In this document: positions 27,941 to 41,101 of the stretch, one piece after another
Position numbering within the stretch: the first letter of the stretch is position 1
How the letters are laid out: the number at the start of each line of letters is the position of its first letter
Program-made: the position numbers and the translations under genes
The notes under the pieces: generated by a model
What the model was told of the DNA's origin: nothing
The model's database searches: none
What the model saw: only the letters and a program-made list of their open reading frames with translations
Assembly (NCBI GenBank): GCA_964234715.1
Contig: OZ174277.1
From: Podarcis melisellensis
Lineage: Eukaryota
DNA: 64,000 nt
Reading direction: 5' to 3' (one strand)

Positions 27941-28081
27941 CCTTGAAACTATCCTCTGCAGGGATCCGTAAGCTGCTGATGTTTGCTGCTTTGCTTTCCT
28001 TCCTAAAGCTAAGCCCTTAACTCTGGTTTTACTGTGTTTGAAGGCAGGCATTGTATAACTTGCCTCAATGAATTTTTCTCC
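27941..28081 (-). CDS. TIAM2: Candidate alternative TIAM2 coding exon B (141 nt, phase 0-0)
   Basis: Pyrimidine-rich acceptor ending ...ctttttag|GGA and donor AGG|gtaagt; 47 codons with no stop, in phase with the downstream DH exon: GEKFIEASYTMPAFKHSKTRVKGLALGRKAKQQTSAAYGSLQRIVSR. No homology recognised; inferred from splice signals and frame only. Confidence 0.55.
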
Positions 28082-28198
28082 CTAAAAAAGCAAATACTTC
28101 AAAAAGTGAAGGTGGCGAGGCCCTTTATTAAATCACTCTGGCACATTATTTTGAGGCGCACTTTGGCAATAGGGGAAAAAACATCACCCAGCAGTTAC

Positions 28199-28252
28199 CT
28201 TGTGCACTGACGTACGATAACCTGATATGCGGCTGTTCTGCATTTAGTTGAG
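28199..28252 (-). CDS. TIAM2: Candidate alternative TIAM2 start exon A (54 nt; ATG at 28243)
   Basis: tttttccctgtattttgtttag|CTC AAC TAA ATG...CAC AAG|gtaact; encodes MQNSRISGYRTSVHK ending in phase 0; a 117-nt intron joins it to exon B. Confidence 0.45.
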
Positions 28253-31200
28253 CTAAACAAAATACAGGGAAAAACACACTACTCAGTCTATAAAATATCT
28301 CGTACAAAACTATTGCAATTCCTGCAAGGGGTGGAAGAATACCTTCAAGATTCAACTGAACACCACAGAGTTTCTCTGCTTAAAGAAACCCAAAAATTTG
28401 TGGATCAAATCCCATTCAGAGGTTTCTGGCTAACAAACCCTATGGAATTTAACATGTAACCCAAAACATCGGGTACTATTAGAAATCTGCTGGATAGAGA
28501 GAGAATAGAGAGGCTGGATGGCTCTGAAGGTCAGAGTGAGTTTTCAGTGACACTGCTGCTCTGTCAAGTATTTCAGACACTGAATGCCGTGGCTTCAAAA
28601 ACAGCAACACAGCACTGGAAAGTTAGAATGCCAAAAATTGTACACAGTTCAGTGGGGTTTTTGTTTATATAATTTTTCTTGTCCTTTATTTGAACTCCCC
28701 AGTTGTAATTGCATCAATACAAAAATCTACGGTAAGCTGTGCTGATTAATAAATTCATGCTTGAAAAGACATTTAATTTCCTATACTTCACTGTAGCTTA
28801 ATTAATGGCCACTGCTTTAAATGTACATTTGTAATATTTTAATACTATTATTTTTAATGTTTACTTTGCAACCTCATTTGGAGACCTAATGCTAAAAAAA
28901 AAAGGATTTCAATTAAACAAACACACATGGGATTGTTTCCAGAGCATTTTGAGAAAATTTGAAAACATGCTTCTGGAGACATTGTTTATTTATTCTTTCA
29001 TCCATCATTCATTCTTTCCATTTCTACCCTGCCCTTCATCAATTTGCAATCCAAGGGCAGGTTATGCTATGTGATGTGATGCATGGTGATAGCTGAAGCC
29101 TGCATTTCTTGGAGCTAGTTAAGAAGAAACCTACAGAAAATATTTCTGCATACAGTACTGCTGTAGAAAAAGTTCTGCTTTAGAATAAATGTTCAAGAAA
29201 TCCTAGTTTTCTCCCCATTAAGTAATATACTCTATTAATGAATCACTCCCATAAAAAGTTCTGAAATACGGTAATTTATCAATAAAGACAATAAAGCAAT
29301 TTAACAATAAATATGTAAGTAAATAAAATTTCTAGCCCAGTACAGATAGAAACAGGTATATAGATCTCCAATAAAAAGTCTTGTTTAAAAAAGAAGGTCT
29401 TCAATAGGTGCTGTGAAGACAATAAAGACTGTGCCTAATGGGAGGAAGTCCAAAGTTACTGGCTGATGTACAATAAGGGTGGAGAACCTTTGTGCTGGTT
29501 GACATCAACCAAGATCACATTTCAGAAAAGTGTGTGGTACTAGAACAAGTTGGTACAACAAGAACAGGCCATACTCACATTACTTCTACTCACAAAGTAT
29601 GGAAATCTGTCCTATACACACCCTTTCCCTCTCTTATTCAAAGCCAAGAAGAGTGGCAAGAGCTAGGATGTCTGGTTAGCTGGGGTTCTCAACCACAAAA
29701 CACGAGGGCTAGCACATCTCTATATGGCAATCTAGCTTCCACACTCCATGTGTGGCCTTCTGAGCAAGTACACCTGCATGCCTGTATGTATGCTTCCCAG
29801 TGTCTCTTGGCTCTGCAGCCAAAGATGAGATGGGAAGAGCAGCTGGAAAGGACACGGATCCCAATAATGGGAAACATGTGTTCCTTCAGATATTGTGGGA
29901 CCCAGTTCCCACAATCCCCAGCTACCATGGCTTGTTTGTCAGAGATGATGGGAGATGTGGTCCAACTGAACTACATGGAAAGTGCTTACGCTCAGATAAA
30001 ACGGCATCATGATCTGCATTTTCACCAATGTCCAATTGGTGAATGTCCAAAAAGGCCCTTATTCTGGTTCTACAGCAAGAATATTAAGACGATTATGGCT
30101 CACAGTTGGGTCTTCAATACTCATGCAGAGCTTCAGACATGCAGCGGTTATTTTCATTTATGAGCCAAGTAATATCTGCATGCACAATAGGTTAGGTGCA
30201 TGTGTGCAATGAAACACTGTCATTCACAAAGAAGCCATTTGATCATGGTGAACTTCTTAGTATGCTTAGCTTGAATGTATTTTTTGCATGTATAAAGTGG
30301 CTTTCATAAGCAGGCAGGCAGGCAGGCAATCAGCAGTACTGAGTACCGACTATCGTCTAAGGATGTCAATCTTTTAGAAATATTTACACAATTCTGTTGT
30401 TAACTTCTGACATGCTGCAGTATAAATATACTAATGGTTAGGATGGGTATGCTAAGACTGTATGAATATGCATCAATTATTTTATTTACTTACTTACTAG
30501 CAAAATGCCAGGTATGACAGGCAGGGTAGGATGGGTGGGGAGAGGACACGGTTAGCAAAGAGTCTGGGGCTTGTAGTATTCTTTGAACACACATACGTAT
30601 ATATTCATCCACCTTAGTGAAGGCCAACACTTCACTTGACCCAATGGGAACGGAATGGCAGACACTCACTGATAGAGAAAAAGTAAAGGTGGACATTGGA
30701 GGCATCCACACTCCTGAAACAGGGTAGTGACTGATTTAGCTCACTGCCACTAGACTCTGCTTTCATTTGAAGACTTTTTTACAACTGTGTAAATCCAACA
30801 TAGAAAGAACCTGGGAAGTAACACAAGTGCCAAAAGGTCTCCCCACCCCCAGTCCTACAGACTGCAGCTCTTTTATTTGTCTCATAAAACTGAATAGAAA
30901 GCCTCGAAAACTGAGCCAATTCCAATCTCTGTAGTCTTGCCCTGTCTCCTATCTGAATGTCTTAGTCATGTGTGTTTCACAATTATTCTCTTTCTTCCTC
31001 ATTGAAATTCTGTGAGATAGGTCACTATTATTCTTTTTTTGCAGAATGGGAATTAAGGCTGAAAGATGGCAATTTGCCCGAAACTACCTAATGTAGCTGT
31101 GGCTGATCTCCAGAAAGAGAATATACTTGATGCTGAATTGAAACGATATATAATAATGCCATTTCTGAAAAATAAATGCAATTCATCATTATTTTTAAAG

Positions 31201-31492
31201 GACATCTAATAACTGGCTGCTTGTATAACTGGAACCCAAAATAGAAGTGATGACATATGATGCCGTGGTAGTCATGACACCACTGCTCCCTAGCCTTATC
31301 AGAAAGATGCAGTTGTCAGAATGGCTTTGCACAATGTCATTGTAGATCTGAGGGTATGTGCGAGATGAATCTGGCCAAGTCCTTACAGATTCACTTTCCA
31401 TTCTGTACATTGTTCTTTTTAGTGTGAATGAAGGCCATTGTCTAGGTCTGAAATTTGTGTTGAGTGCAATTGGGAAGAATAAAGATTTAAGC

Positions 31493-31630
31493 CATTAGTA
31501 GTCAATGTGGTACCCTCCAGATGTTGTTGGATGACTTCTCCCATAATTTCGGACCACTGGCTACACTAGCTGGGGCTGATGAGAGCTGGAGTCCAACAAC
31601 ATCTGGAGGACACCATATTAGCTAAACCCA
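31493..31630. mobile_element. Old hAT-type palindromic MITE
   Basis: ccctccagatgttgttgga...tccaacaacatctggagg inverted core; degenerate 8-bp TSD atttaagc/atttaaag. Confidence 0.75.
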
Positions 31631-34600
31631 ATTTAAAGGGAAGGAGAAAGATTAGAACCCATGTAATTTGATAACATGAGTATTCCTTTCCTTTTGCTAT
31701 TCAATAACGCAATTAGTTCAAACTTTCACTCTTGAAACTGAACAAAGAATGAAGTGCAAATGCTGGTTGACAGATCACACCCAGCTCTTAATAACTGCAA
31801 CATCGAGTGATGAATAGCATGTGTGAATGTGCCATTGAGTCCAGAAAGGTTTTCACAATGGTTAGCTGAAGCATGCTGCAAGTCATCAAATGCAAAGTAA
31901 TCAAGGAATGTATATACATATGAGAACCAGCCCAAAGACACCCCAGTAAGAAAAGGCCATTCTCTTAATTAGTTGGTGTCTAAATACAATACAGTATGTG
32001 GATGAACCTCATCTTCAGCAATCCTTCACTAAGTGAAAGCCACTTTTTCCATTTGGTGCATTTGGGGGCAAATACAGCAATGTGTGATATGCAACTCTTC
32101 CAACAGAGTAATCTTGAAAAACACTCCCACACTTTCTTACGCCATGACTGGAAAAGGCTGCATAGTTCTAGAGTCAACAGTATCTTCACTCCTGCTCAAA
32201 GTATACAGCAAATGCTTCAGTTCCGTGTCGGAGGCGGAACAGATTTAGCAGCTTCATGAATTAAAAGCTAACCATATGGCAGCTGGCACAAGCTCTTAAT
32301 TAACAAATTGCAACCATTTTTGTATCAAATAGTTCAATAATCTCTTCATCTTGCAACTTGAAAAATACAAGTAAATTGGAAAACAAGACGTCATTCAAAT
32401 TGCTTTGTAAATGCAAGAGAAACTCTGCTGGACTAGAGAAAAGGTCCTGCCTTCTATTTCCACACTAGCCTAACATATGCTCCCAGGAGGCAACCATGGC
32501 ATGAAGATTTCCTTCACTGCCGGGGCTATGAGGAGTTTGGAAGGAGTTCATTATGTCCGAACTCCAACAAACTGTGGCCAGTTTTAACCATTCTTCGTTA
32601 AAACAGGCTGACCTCGAACCATAAGTAAAATTAACCACAGTTTAAAGTTTAGGTGACACACTACACTCTGCCAATGTATTATAAAATTCACTTTGAAGGT
32701 TTTTCTTCTAGGAAAACCACAAAATATCCTAGATTGTAATACATGAAATATTTATTTTCAACCCCAAACTAAATTTTCCCAAATACAGTAGTTAACACTA
32801 TTGAATCCATATACTACCTAGTGGGTGGGTGTACTTGGCTAAAATATTTGACATTAGAAAATTAGTGGCTTGGTGTAAAGATGTTTAAATGCAAATTTTA
32901 TTTTATTTTATTTTAAATGTTTGATGAATTCCCACATTAACAACATTCCACTTTACTATAATTACACAGAGTGACAGAGCCTTGTTCCATAACCATTTCC
33001 TAAGGATCAGAGTCTGAAACTATGGTAACCACGGAGAATTCATTCTCGGTATCATTCATATCTTTTAAGAATTATTTGACTTTGCTATTCATAAGCCATT
33101 TAACATAAAGACACCACAATTTTGGTTTGAAACATTAAATGTATTCCATTGACATAGTAAAAAGAACTTATTATGGAATAGTAAAAGTATAGCAATGGTG
33201 ATTCAGGATCACAGGAATGGAGCCCCCTATCTGTGGCTGATAAGGAGCTTTCATTAAACTTTAACCGTTTTGAGTAATAATCAAGGATTCTTTTCTTTGC
33301 TATCTGTTCCATACTCGCTCATATAAATTTTTCAAAGTCAACAATTACATGAGTTCAAGGGCAAAACTTCCTATTACAGCGAGTACTTGCTTATGAGCTA
33401 CACTATACAGAAACACAGAACTGGTTATGTTTTCCTTTGGACCAGCAAGTCTTCAAAAATGCCAGAAGACAAGCTCCAGTTATGCAGCACTTTTATTCAG
33501 GCTTCAGGTAAATTATATAGCCATTTCTTGCAATGGTTATCAGATAAACAGAAAACACAGAGTTTATTTTTGATCGTCAGTTTCTGGCCACCAGAACTTT
33601 GCCACTTTTCATAGTGCTTCTACCAGGAAAGTGGCGTGGAGGTTGCAGCATAGCACTGCCTCCCACTGCCATGGCCGTGGCTCTGGGAGTTTTGCCTGAA
33701 ATTGGCCAATCACAGGCAGGCCTGGAGGTGGGCTTCCAGGGAGCGGGCCTGATTGGTCGACAGCCAGTCTTCATGCAGGTCTGCTCCTTGGGCTTAGATT
33801 CAGCCTGCTTCTTCTCCTCAGTGCCACACTTGTCATGGGATCTCCCACCATCCTCCTCTCATTGCTTAGAATGCACCCGCTCATCAAAGGGTTTTTATTA
33901 CGTATTTTGTGTTTTTTATCTTGTAGTTTTATGTTGAAAACCACCCTGAGATCTACAGATGAAGGGTGCTATGCAAATTTAATAAATAAATAGGGGGTTC
34001 ACATGAATCCCCTCACATGTTGCCAACATCCGTATGTTCAGCACCCATGTGAAGCAACCTTAAATCTATACAGATGCATTTTTACCTTTCATGGAGGAGG
34101 TGCATGTGCACCTTGCCATTTCACATGGCCCACATGCAGCTGGAAGGGACATGTGTGTTGCACAAAGTGGCAGTGTTGGATAGCGCTAGCTGGCACAATC
34201 ATGCAAGCCCTTAAGATATACTTTTAATGCATTGGGGAGTTGTGTAAACCTACAATCAAATAATTCTAAAAGGTTGGTGTTGCAGGAATCCCTTTGCAAA
34301 AGCCATTCTGATACATCCAGCTCTCCTGCCCACCCACCTCGCCCCTTTTTTTACCAATTCCAGCTCTAATGTCACTTTCTACCAATTCACCTAAGAGAGC
34401 TATCCCTCTAATCCTCTGATATGTAGTCTGATTTTAGTAAGTTGCACATTTTTGTAAGTAGTCCAGCAATTTCACATGAGTATTTTAAGAATGCGATCCA
34501 CCCCTAGAGATGTATTAAGTTGATGAGTGGCAAAGGGGTGACTTTATGCTCCCTACCTAGTTGATCTGCATGAATAGGGTGAGCAGGGGGCTATTGGGGA

Positions 34601-35769
34601 TGTGTGTGCGCATGCCTTCTATTTTTGTGTGTCATGTGTGCACATGTGGTATGTCCAATGCAACCAGTGTGTGTGGCGAGTGTAATGGTGAGAGCATGCA
34701 TTGGCCTCAACATTTCCTGGCCACATGCTAGCACACAGCCCTTTGAGGATTGGCCATGGGTGAATGGCACCTTTGTGCTGAAAAAGTTAGCCAACCCTGT
34801 TCTATCAGAATCATTTCAGTCTGCAATCCTAATCCATGGAGACTTACTTCCAAGTAAGCATGCATAGGACTGGGCTGCAAACACTTAGACTGTATCTGAT
34901 GAAATCAATACACATGACTAACTTAGACTCATTCACTTCAATGAATTTACTCTGAGTAAAACTTAGTTTGATTCAATCCTTAACTTCTAACCAACATACA
35001 TAACAAAGAAAAAGAAGCATCTATACTACTATCTTGTCAGGCAACATGTAGAACATTGCATTTTAGTGTATGGATTCATTGACCTTGATTACTGTCAGTC
35101 TATATCAGCCTTTACGTAAAAGCAAAGAGCACACAGACCCACAGATATGATTCAACAAAGCACAAACAATTCACTCAGCAATTATACTGCATTCTCAGAT
35201 ATTTTAATGTCCTCTATTATAGTTTCAAGGCAACAGCTATAGAGTGTATGTGTCATTACCATAAAACAGTTTTGAAACATAGTTCGAAGTCTTACTATCT
35301 CTCTATCTATGATATCCACAACATTGCAATATACAACTACATTGTGGTTCTGAAGGAAAACAGAAATGTCTTATTTTTAAAAAGAAAGCAGTTGGAACTC
35401 CCACAAAGAGAAAGTTCAAGGGAAAGAAACACAACATTTAAGGATCATCATCAAGAGAATGTAGATTTACACATTCCGCACAGGGGGAAACAACTTCCTT
35501 TTTGGAAAATTAAGCACCATTTCAGTTGCTTTTTGTCTTAATTTGCTTTTAAGTTCATTCACCACCTCAGTTGCAAAAGCAGAGCAGTCTGCTAGTCAAT
35601 GTAAATGTGTTGCGTACGGTAAGAGAAAGGTCTTCCTTCCCCCAAAAGTTGTGAAATAAATTTACATTCAAAGAAGCTTCAAAAATATGTGCATTACTTT
35701 GCTTAAGCTTTAAATCATAAAGCAAGAAGAAAAACAGAAACTCAGATATACGCTTGTGCATTATGTGCA

Positions 35770-35794
35770 CAAACAAACAAACAAACAAACAAAC
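35770..35794. repeat. (AAAC)n microsatellite
   Basis: About 6 units. Confidence 0.9.
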
Positions 35795-37254
35795 ACACAC
35801 TTGTGGAGTTTAGATTAATTACAATTTTGATTTCTTTACTTACATATGTTAAGGAAAGAGAGTCAGATAATAATTTTCTCCTTCCAGACTCAGGGATGAT
35901 ATCTAAAGCTGTTGTCTGCCAGGAACTGAGCACTTCTTCCAATCCCTCTTTCACAAAATAATCCTCAGACTGATTGTTCTTCCAGCCTGCACTGAAAACC
36001 TCCTAGCGTCACGACCATCTTCTTCACATCATGTTTTTACATAGTCCCACACTTAACAATATTACATAACGCCAAGATGCTTCTTCTGCTGTACTTTCAC
36101 ATAAGTGCACTCAATGAAGTCATGCAGAAATATGAAGCTGGGGTGGAAATCAAGCATTTTCAATAGTAAATTGCTATGAAAGTCTTAAGGCTACTCACAA
36201 AGAGGATGTCTAAAACAAGGCTAGGAAAAGAAAAGAGACATCATTTTGCTCTTTCTGCCTCCGCTCACAATATCTTTTCAGCAAGACTACTTTCTAATGC
36301 ACCCCCCAACACACACACACACACCAACACATCTGTTGGAGACAGACAGGGTCATACAAATTGCTCTGACAGTAATAGGCACCCTCCAACCAAAAAACCG
36401 GCATTCAATTATAAGCCATTTGCAGAAATTGTAGGGCTGTCAAAGACACTGCTACAGTTGGTGGTTCAAGTCTGGTAGTGTTAAAGCTCAAACCATTTTT
36501 TTCCTACTGCATCTTAAATCTAGAACATCCTTACTTAACCGCTCAAAACATCAGCAACATTATCTAGGACTAAATGCTCTAACAATAGTGTTAGTGCATA
36601 TGAACAATAGTCCCAAACGCGTCAACATGCATGCGTGCACACCCACACACAAACACAATTATAAAGAAACACTTCCCTGTACCTTTCCAATTAATTGTTA
36701 AAGTAACATATGCAAAGGAATGTAAAGGACAACTTACGGTTTGCACTGAAAAGCACTATAAATAAATTGTGTCTATGTGTAGCCATTCCACTAAATTTGC
36801 TGTTATTGCCAGGCTTCCAGAACAGAGGACAAAGGAAGCAGAAATTCTTTTGATAAGCAGTTGTTTTCCTTTAGTCATCAAATTACGTATTGATTGGAGT
36901 TTCTTTTTGTTTGTTTGTTTTTAAAAAGAAGAACTAACAAATGCAAGGGAACAGAGACAATGGAGCTATCTCCACTTTATTTATTTTGAGCAAGGAGATA
37001 GGGCCAAGGGCAAAGAATGGATTGTGACTTCCCTTTGGATCGAACAACACTGTAGAACTAGATGGCTAAAATTGGGGTCTGAAACTACAGAGTGGGGATT
37101 CTCACAGAAACGTTTGTGGAAATTAGTCTGAAACCAGAGCATGATACAACTTCATGAAAGATGCAAGACTAATGTGCTGGACACATTAGTGTGTGTCTGG
37201 ACTTATCACAGCAAATAGGCAGGGAGTGTCCTACTACGTAAGTCCAGAAGCTTG

Positions 37255-37580
37255 TATATGTCTCAATGCAAGAAAGAGTGCAGTCCCAGCCTCTTTAAAA
37301 GAGGCAATCATTAGACTGCCCTTCAAAATAAACATTGCCTGGACCCAGAAGATGTTGACTTCTGCAGGCCAGTTGCAAACATTCACTTTCTGGGCAAGGT
37401 GTTTGAGCAGGTGGTTAGTGGCCAGCTCCAGGCACTCTTAGACAATACTGATTTTCTAGATGCATTTCAGTCTGGTTTGGGAACAAAAACTGCTTTGGTT
37501 ACTCTATGAAGTTATCTTTGGTCCTTTTGGCAGCTTTTAAAACCATTGACCTTTGTATCCTTCTAGATATACCGTCTGGG
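37255..37580 (+). mobile_element. L2 LINE reverse-transcriptase N-terminal fragment
   Basis: VPASLKEAIIR, then after a frameshift RPVANIHFLGKVFEQVV and QLQALLDNTDFLDAFQSG. Confidence 0.8.
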
Positions 37581-39342
37581 CTGGAGAAATACTGACACTG
37601 ACAATGCATTCAAGGGCAAACTGTGTCCAATATTAGAAGTAGAACCTAGTCACTGTGGCTGGTAGCTATTGAAAGACCATTTTCATGGAGCATAAGACTA
37701 AAACTCTTCTAAAGCCATCCAAGTTGGAGGCAATCACTATTTCTGGTGGGATTGAATTCCACAGTTTAACTATGCCCTGTGTAAAGTGTGCCCAGCCAAT
37801 AGACTTGTAAGCAATCTACAGGACCACACTGAAGCCTGGGAAGATTTTTTGCCCTTAATTAATTTGGCTAAAAGCCCAGAAGACTAAAATACAAAGACTT
37901 GACACAAAAGGCATAGTATATCCTACTAGATTTTAAGTGCTTTTTTCTCTCCTCGTTTAATATATTTCTCTGTTTATTCCTTGTATTCTTCCTTGATCAC
38001 CTTTCAAACACTAGATCTCCCTTGGTAATACTAATGTGATTTTGTATTATGAAAGCACACATTCAGCTGGTCATCATAAAAAATAGCTCTTTCCTTCCAT
38101 ATTTATACCAAAAAGTCCAGAACCTTTTAATCAAAGATTATATGCAAAAATCCCCTTACTGTGCTGAAAAGCTGCAATCTCACCGTGTGAATAAGGACTA
38201 TGGTTTCACAGCCAATTTAACCTCTCATTATAGTGCGAGTCACAAAGTAAAAATTCTATCACAGAAATAGGCATTTACAAAATTGGTTAATGGTGTTTCA
38301 ATTGCATGTAATATAGCCACAACTTGAACTAGTGCTTTGAAGGCCTGTTTCCACAACCTAATTGTCATGTGGCTCCTGTGGCAACTTGGCTAGCTCATAT
38401 TGATTTCTGACTACTTCAGTATGGCACAAACTAACTGAATGTAGCATTGCCAGCCAGACAATTTGATTTTTAGCATGGCATTGTAACCTGCCTTAAAATG
38501 AGGGTTTGCTTTGCTGTACTAAAAAGATGAATGTGACACACAGAAGAAAATCCACATGAAAAGTTTGTCACAGCCTAGAACAGTTGCAAATCAGCAGAGG
38601 GTAATTCTTCCCCATGGATTCCAAATGCCGAATTGGTTGTCATAGTAGGCTCCAAGACCTACCAAAATTCAGGAAAAAGTAAAACTAGGTTGGGGTACCA
38701 AAAACATGCACATGTGGCCCTTTGCACCTGGGCTTTGGAAAAATTATTCTGTTGGGTTTTGTCTTAACAGAACACTTTAGGGTACTGTCAAGTAATGAAG
38801 TACAAAGGAAACAGAAGTAGAGCTATAGCCAGCTATTCCTCCTTGTTTTTCTGCAATTTAACAGTTGCTAAAAATTCAATAACAAAAACATCAAAAACAT
38901 CCAAGAAAAACAAGCAACTGATTTATGTAATCAAGCAGCATCCAAGTAAGACCTGACTGCTTTGATTTGTTGTCTGTTCCTGTATTTGTTCTACTATTAT
39001 GCTAAGTAGTTATACCTCTTTCTTCAGCTTCCTTGACTGCTAGTGCATGTGTGTGAGTAGCTTCCTCCTTGGACATTTTGGTGTTTCAAGGGTCATCCTA
39101 CATGTCCAACATGCTCTTTCAAGAAGCATCTTCTCTCTTATAGCACTTCCTGTCCTTTGAAATCAGGGAGTGAGATTTTGTAGATACGTTTCATCTTCTG
39201 CCCATATTAAGATCAACAAGAGATCGACACCCACTCTCAGGAATTTAATGTCAAAGAGATCTGCTTAACTCCCAAACTGCTTTCCATTTGCAGATGAAAG
39301 TACTTTTTTTTTAACCCCAAGCCCTTCTTTAAAAGTATATGG

Positions 39343-39552
39343 CAGGCATGTCCAAAGTCCGTTTCGGGGGCCTAATCCGGCCCGCCGGTCGGTTTACTCC
39401 AGCCCCTGTGGTAGTTTATTTCCTGGGGGGAAATCCTAAAAAACCCTCAACCACAAAAAAGGTCAACAACTTTGGTCGGCCCTTTGGTTGGCCCTCACGG
39501 CCCTTTACTTCATCAAATCTGGCCCTCTTTGAAAAAAGTTTGGACACCACTG
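39343..39552. mobile_element. hAT (Charlie-like) MITE
   Basis: TIRs caggcatgtccaaa / tttggacaccactg; internal 'tccggcccgc' motif; 8-bp TSD gtatatgg/gtatatgt. Confidence 0.85.
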
Positions 39553-41101
39553 GTATATGTTGATTGCTGGCTTGAAGGGGTTTTTTCTATTGTTTGGTAG
39601 CTTTAAAAAAATGTTTTGTGTTATGACTTTCTGGTAAGTTGTTAGTATCGTTTCTTGCTTTAAGTCACTTTGGGTACCTCATGGCACAGAATCAGCAAAA
39701 ATAAAATACATGCATACATACCTACAACTGCCTGAAAACTGAGCTTCCCTCAAGCTGAAGCTCAAGTAGTTCCATTTCTTATGAGTGTGGAAAGTAGCAC
39801 TCGGAAGAGGAAATCATTTTTGTGACGGACAAGAAGAGAGATAGGTAGCGATGCAGTTTTGAAGGTGAATTTTTTTGGATGCAGTTATTGCCAGCAGCCC
39901 TGTTTGAAATCAGGGGTGGCATGGCGAGAATGGGGCTGGATGAAAGAGGATGAAGGACAAAGGGTAGAGCCAACCATGGCTGACATGCAGGGCTGGGCAC
40001 AATCAAGCAGCTGCTTATTGCTTCTGCCCTCAAGGGGGGCCCAGGACAGACCTTACTGCTGGCTACTGACCTGCCATTTAGCAAACAGCCTATGGGAGGC
40101 ATCAACCCCTGCTTCTCTGAGACGGCATTGGGTGATGTGGGGTTGCCACAGCTCTTGGTGCTCACTGCTGACCCTATCTGTAGGCACTGGAAAACCACTA
40201 GCTGTCATCAGGGACCAAGCAGGAGTTTGCGGGTAAGGTACAGATATGGCTGTAGAAGTCCAGGCAGTTTCAAAATGCCATGGATCAGCTGTCAGGTGAG
40301 GCCAGTGGTTAAAGAAGTTGAGGAGACAAAGAAAGAAGGCAAGGAGCACAGATGGGTTGGGGAACAAGTTATACACGTGTGTGTGTGTGTGTACACGCAG
40401 AAATGCAACTGCTTCCTTCAGAAAATACACAAGATGTCAGGCAGACGTGCGTGTGCGTGTTCAGCCTTGAGCTTTCAGAAGTCCTTGAAGGAGATACAGG
40501 TACTACCTGACGCTCTTCACTTCTCCTCCATGAGCTTCCATTAGCAGCTAGCATGGCCCAAATGTGGATGAGGGGCTGACTGTAATTTCAATGACACTTA
40601 ATTCTAAATTCACTCACTGGGTAGGACAGGGCTTGGAAACCTGTAGCCCTCCAGATGTTGCTGATGCCCAACTTGAGACTACTTGCCTCGTTGTGTGGAT
40701 AGGGCATCACCTGGCTCGCATTGAGAAACTACTTTTAAATGTGCTTTAGAAGAGAAACGAGTTGCCCATATAAACCAGTGTATGTACATACTGGTCAGAA
40801 TATACCTTTTGGCCCCTCAAATGCTCCACACTTCCAAAATAGTTTCTTTCCTAGCCCTACCTACACACTTCTCACAAACCTCCTGTGCACTGCAGTGCTG
40901 ATCTAGCTGACCAGTCCCAAACCAAAACAAACCTGGGGTAAACCCATGCCAATTCACTTGTCTGGGCACATGACTGAGGTATACAAAAATGAACAGCCAT
41001 TCAAGTCATGGTCTAAATAACTTTGATCCTCTTAATCCTAAAAATCAGAAGCCAAAGTTCAAGAGCAGTTGAAGGAGTAAAAATACTGACAACATCAAGA
41101 G

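Noticed and set aside
29492-30163. 223-aa plus-strand ORF
   Set aside because: GTG start, no recognisable domain, runs through a hAT MITE remnant (about 29860-29970), and is antisense in a TIAM2 intron
33100-33312. Minus ORF MEQIAKKRILDYYSKRLK... as a possible alternative first exon
   Set aside because: No convincing in-phase donor site found
39779-40544. Cluster of 125-150-aa overlapping ORFs on both strands
   Set aside because: Locally higher GC explains the ORF lengths; no motif or coherent splice structure recognised
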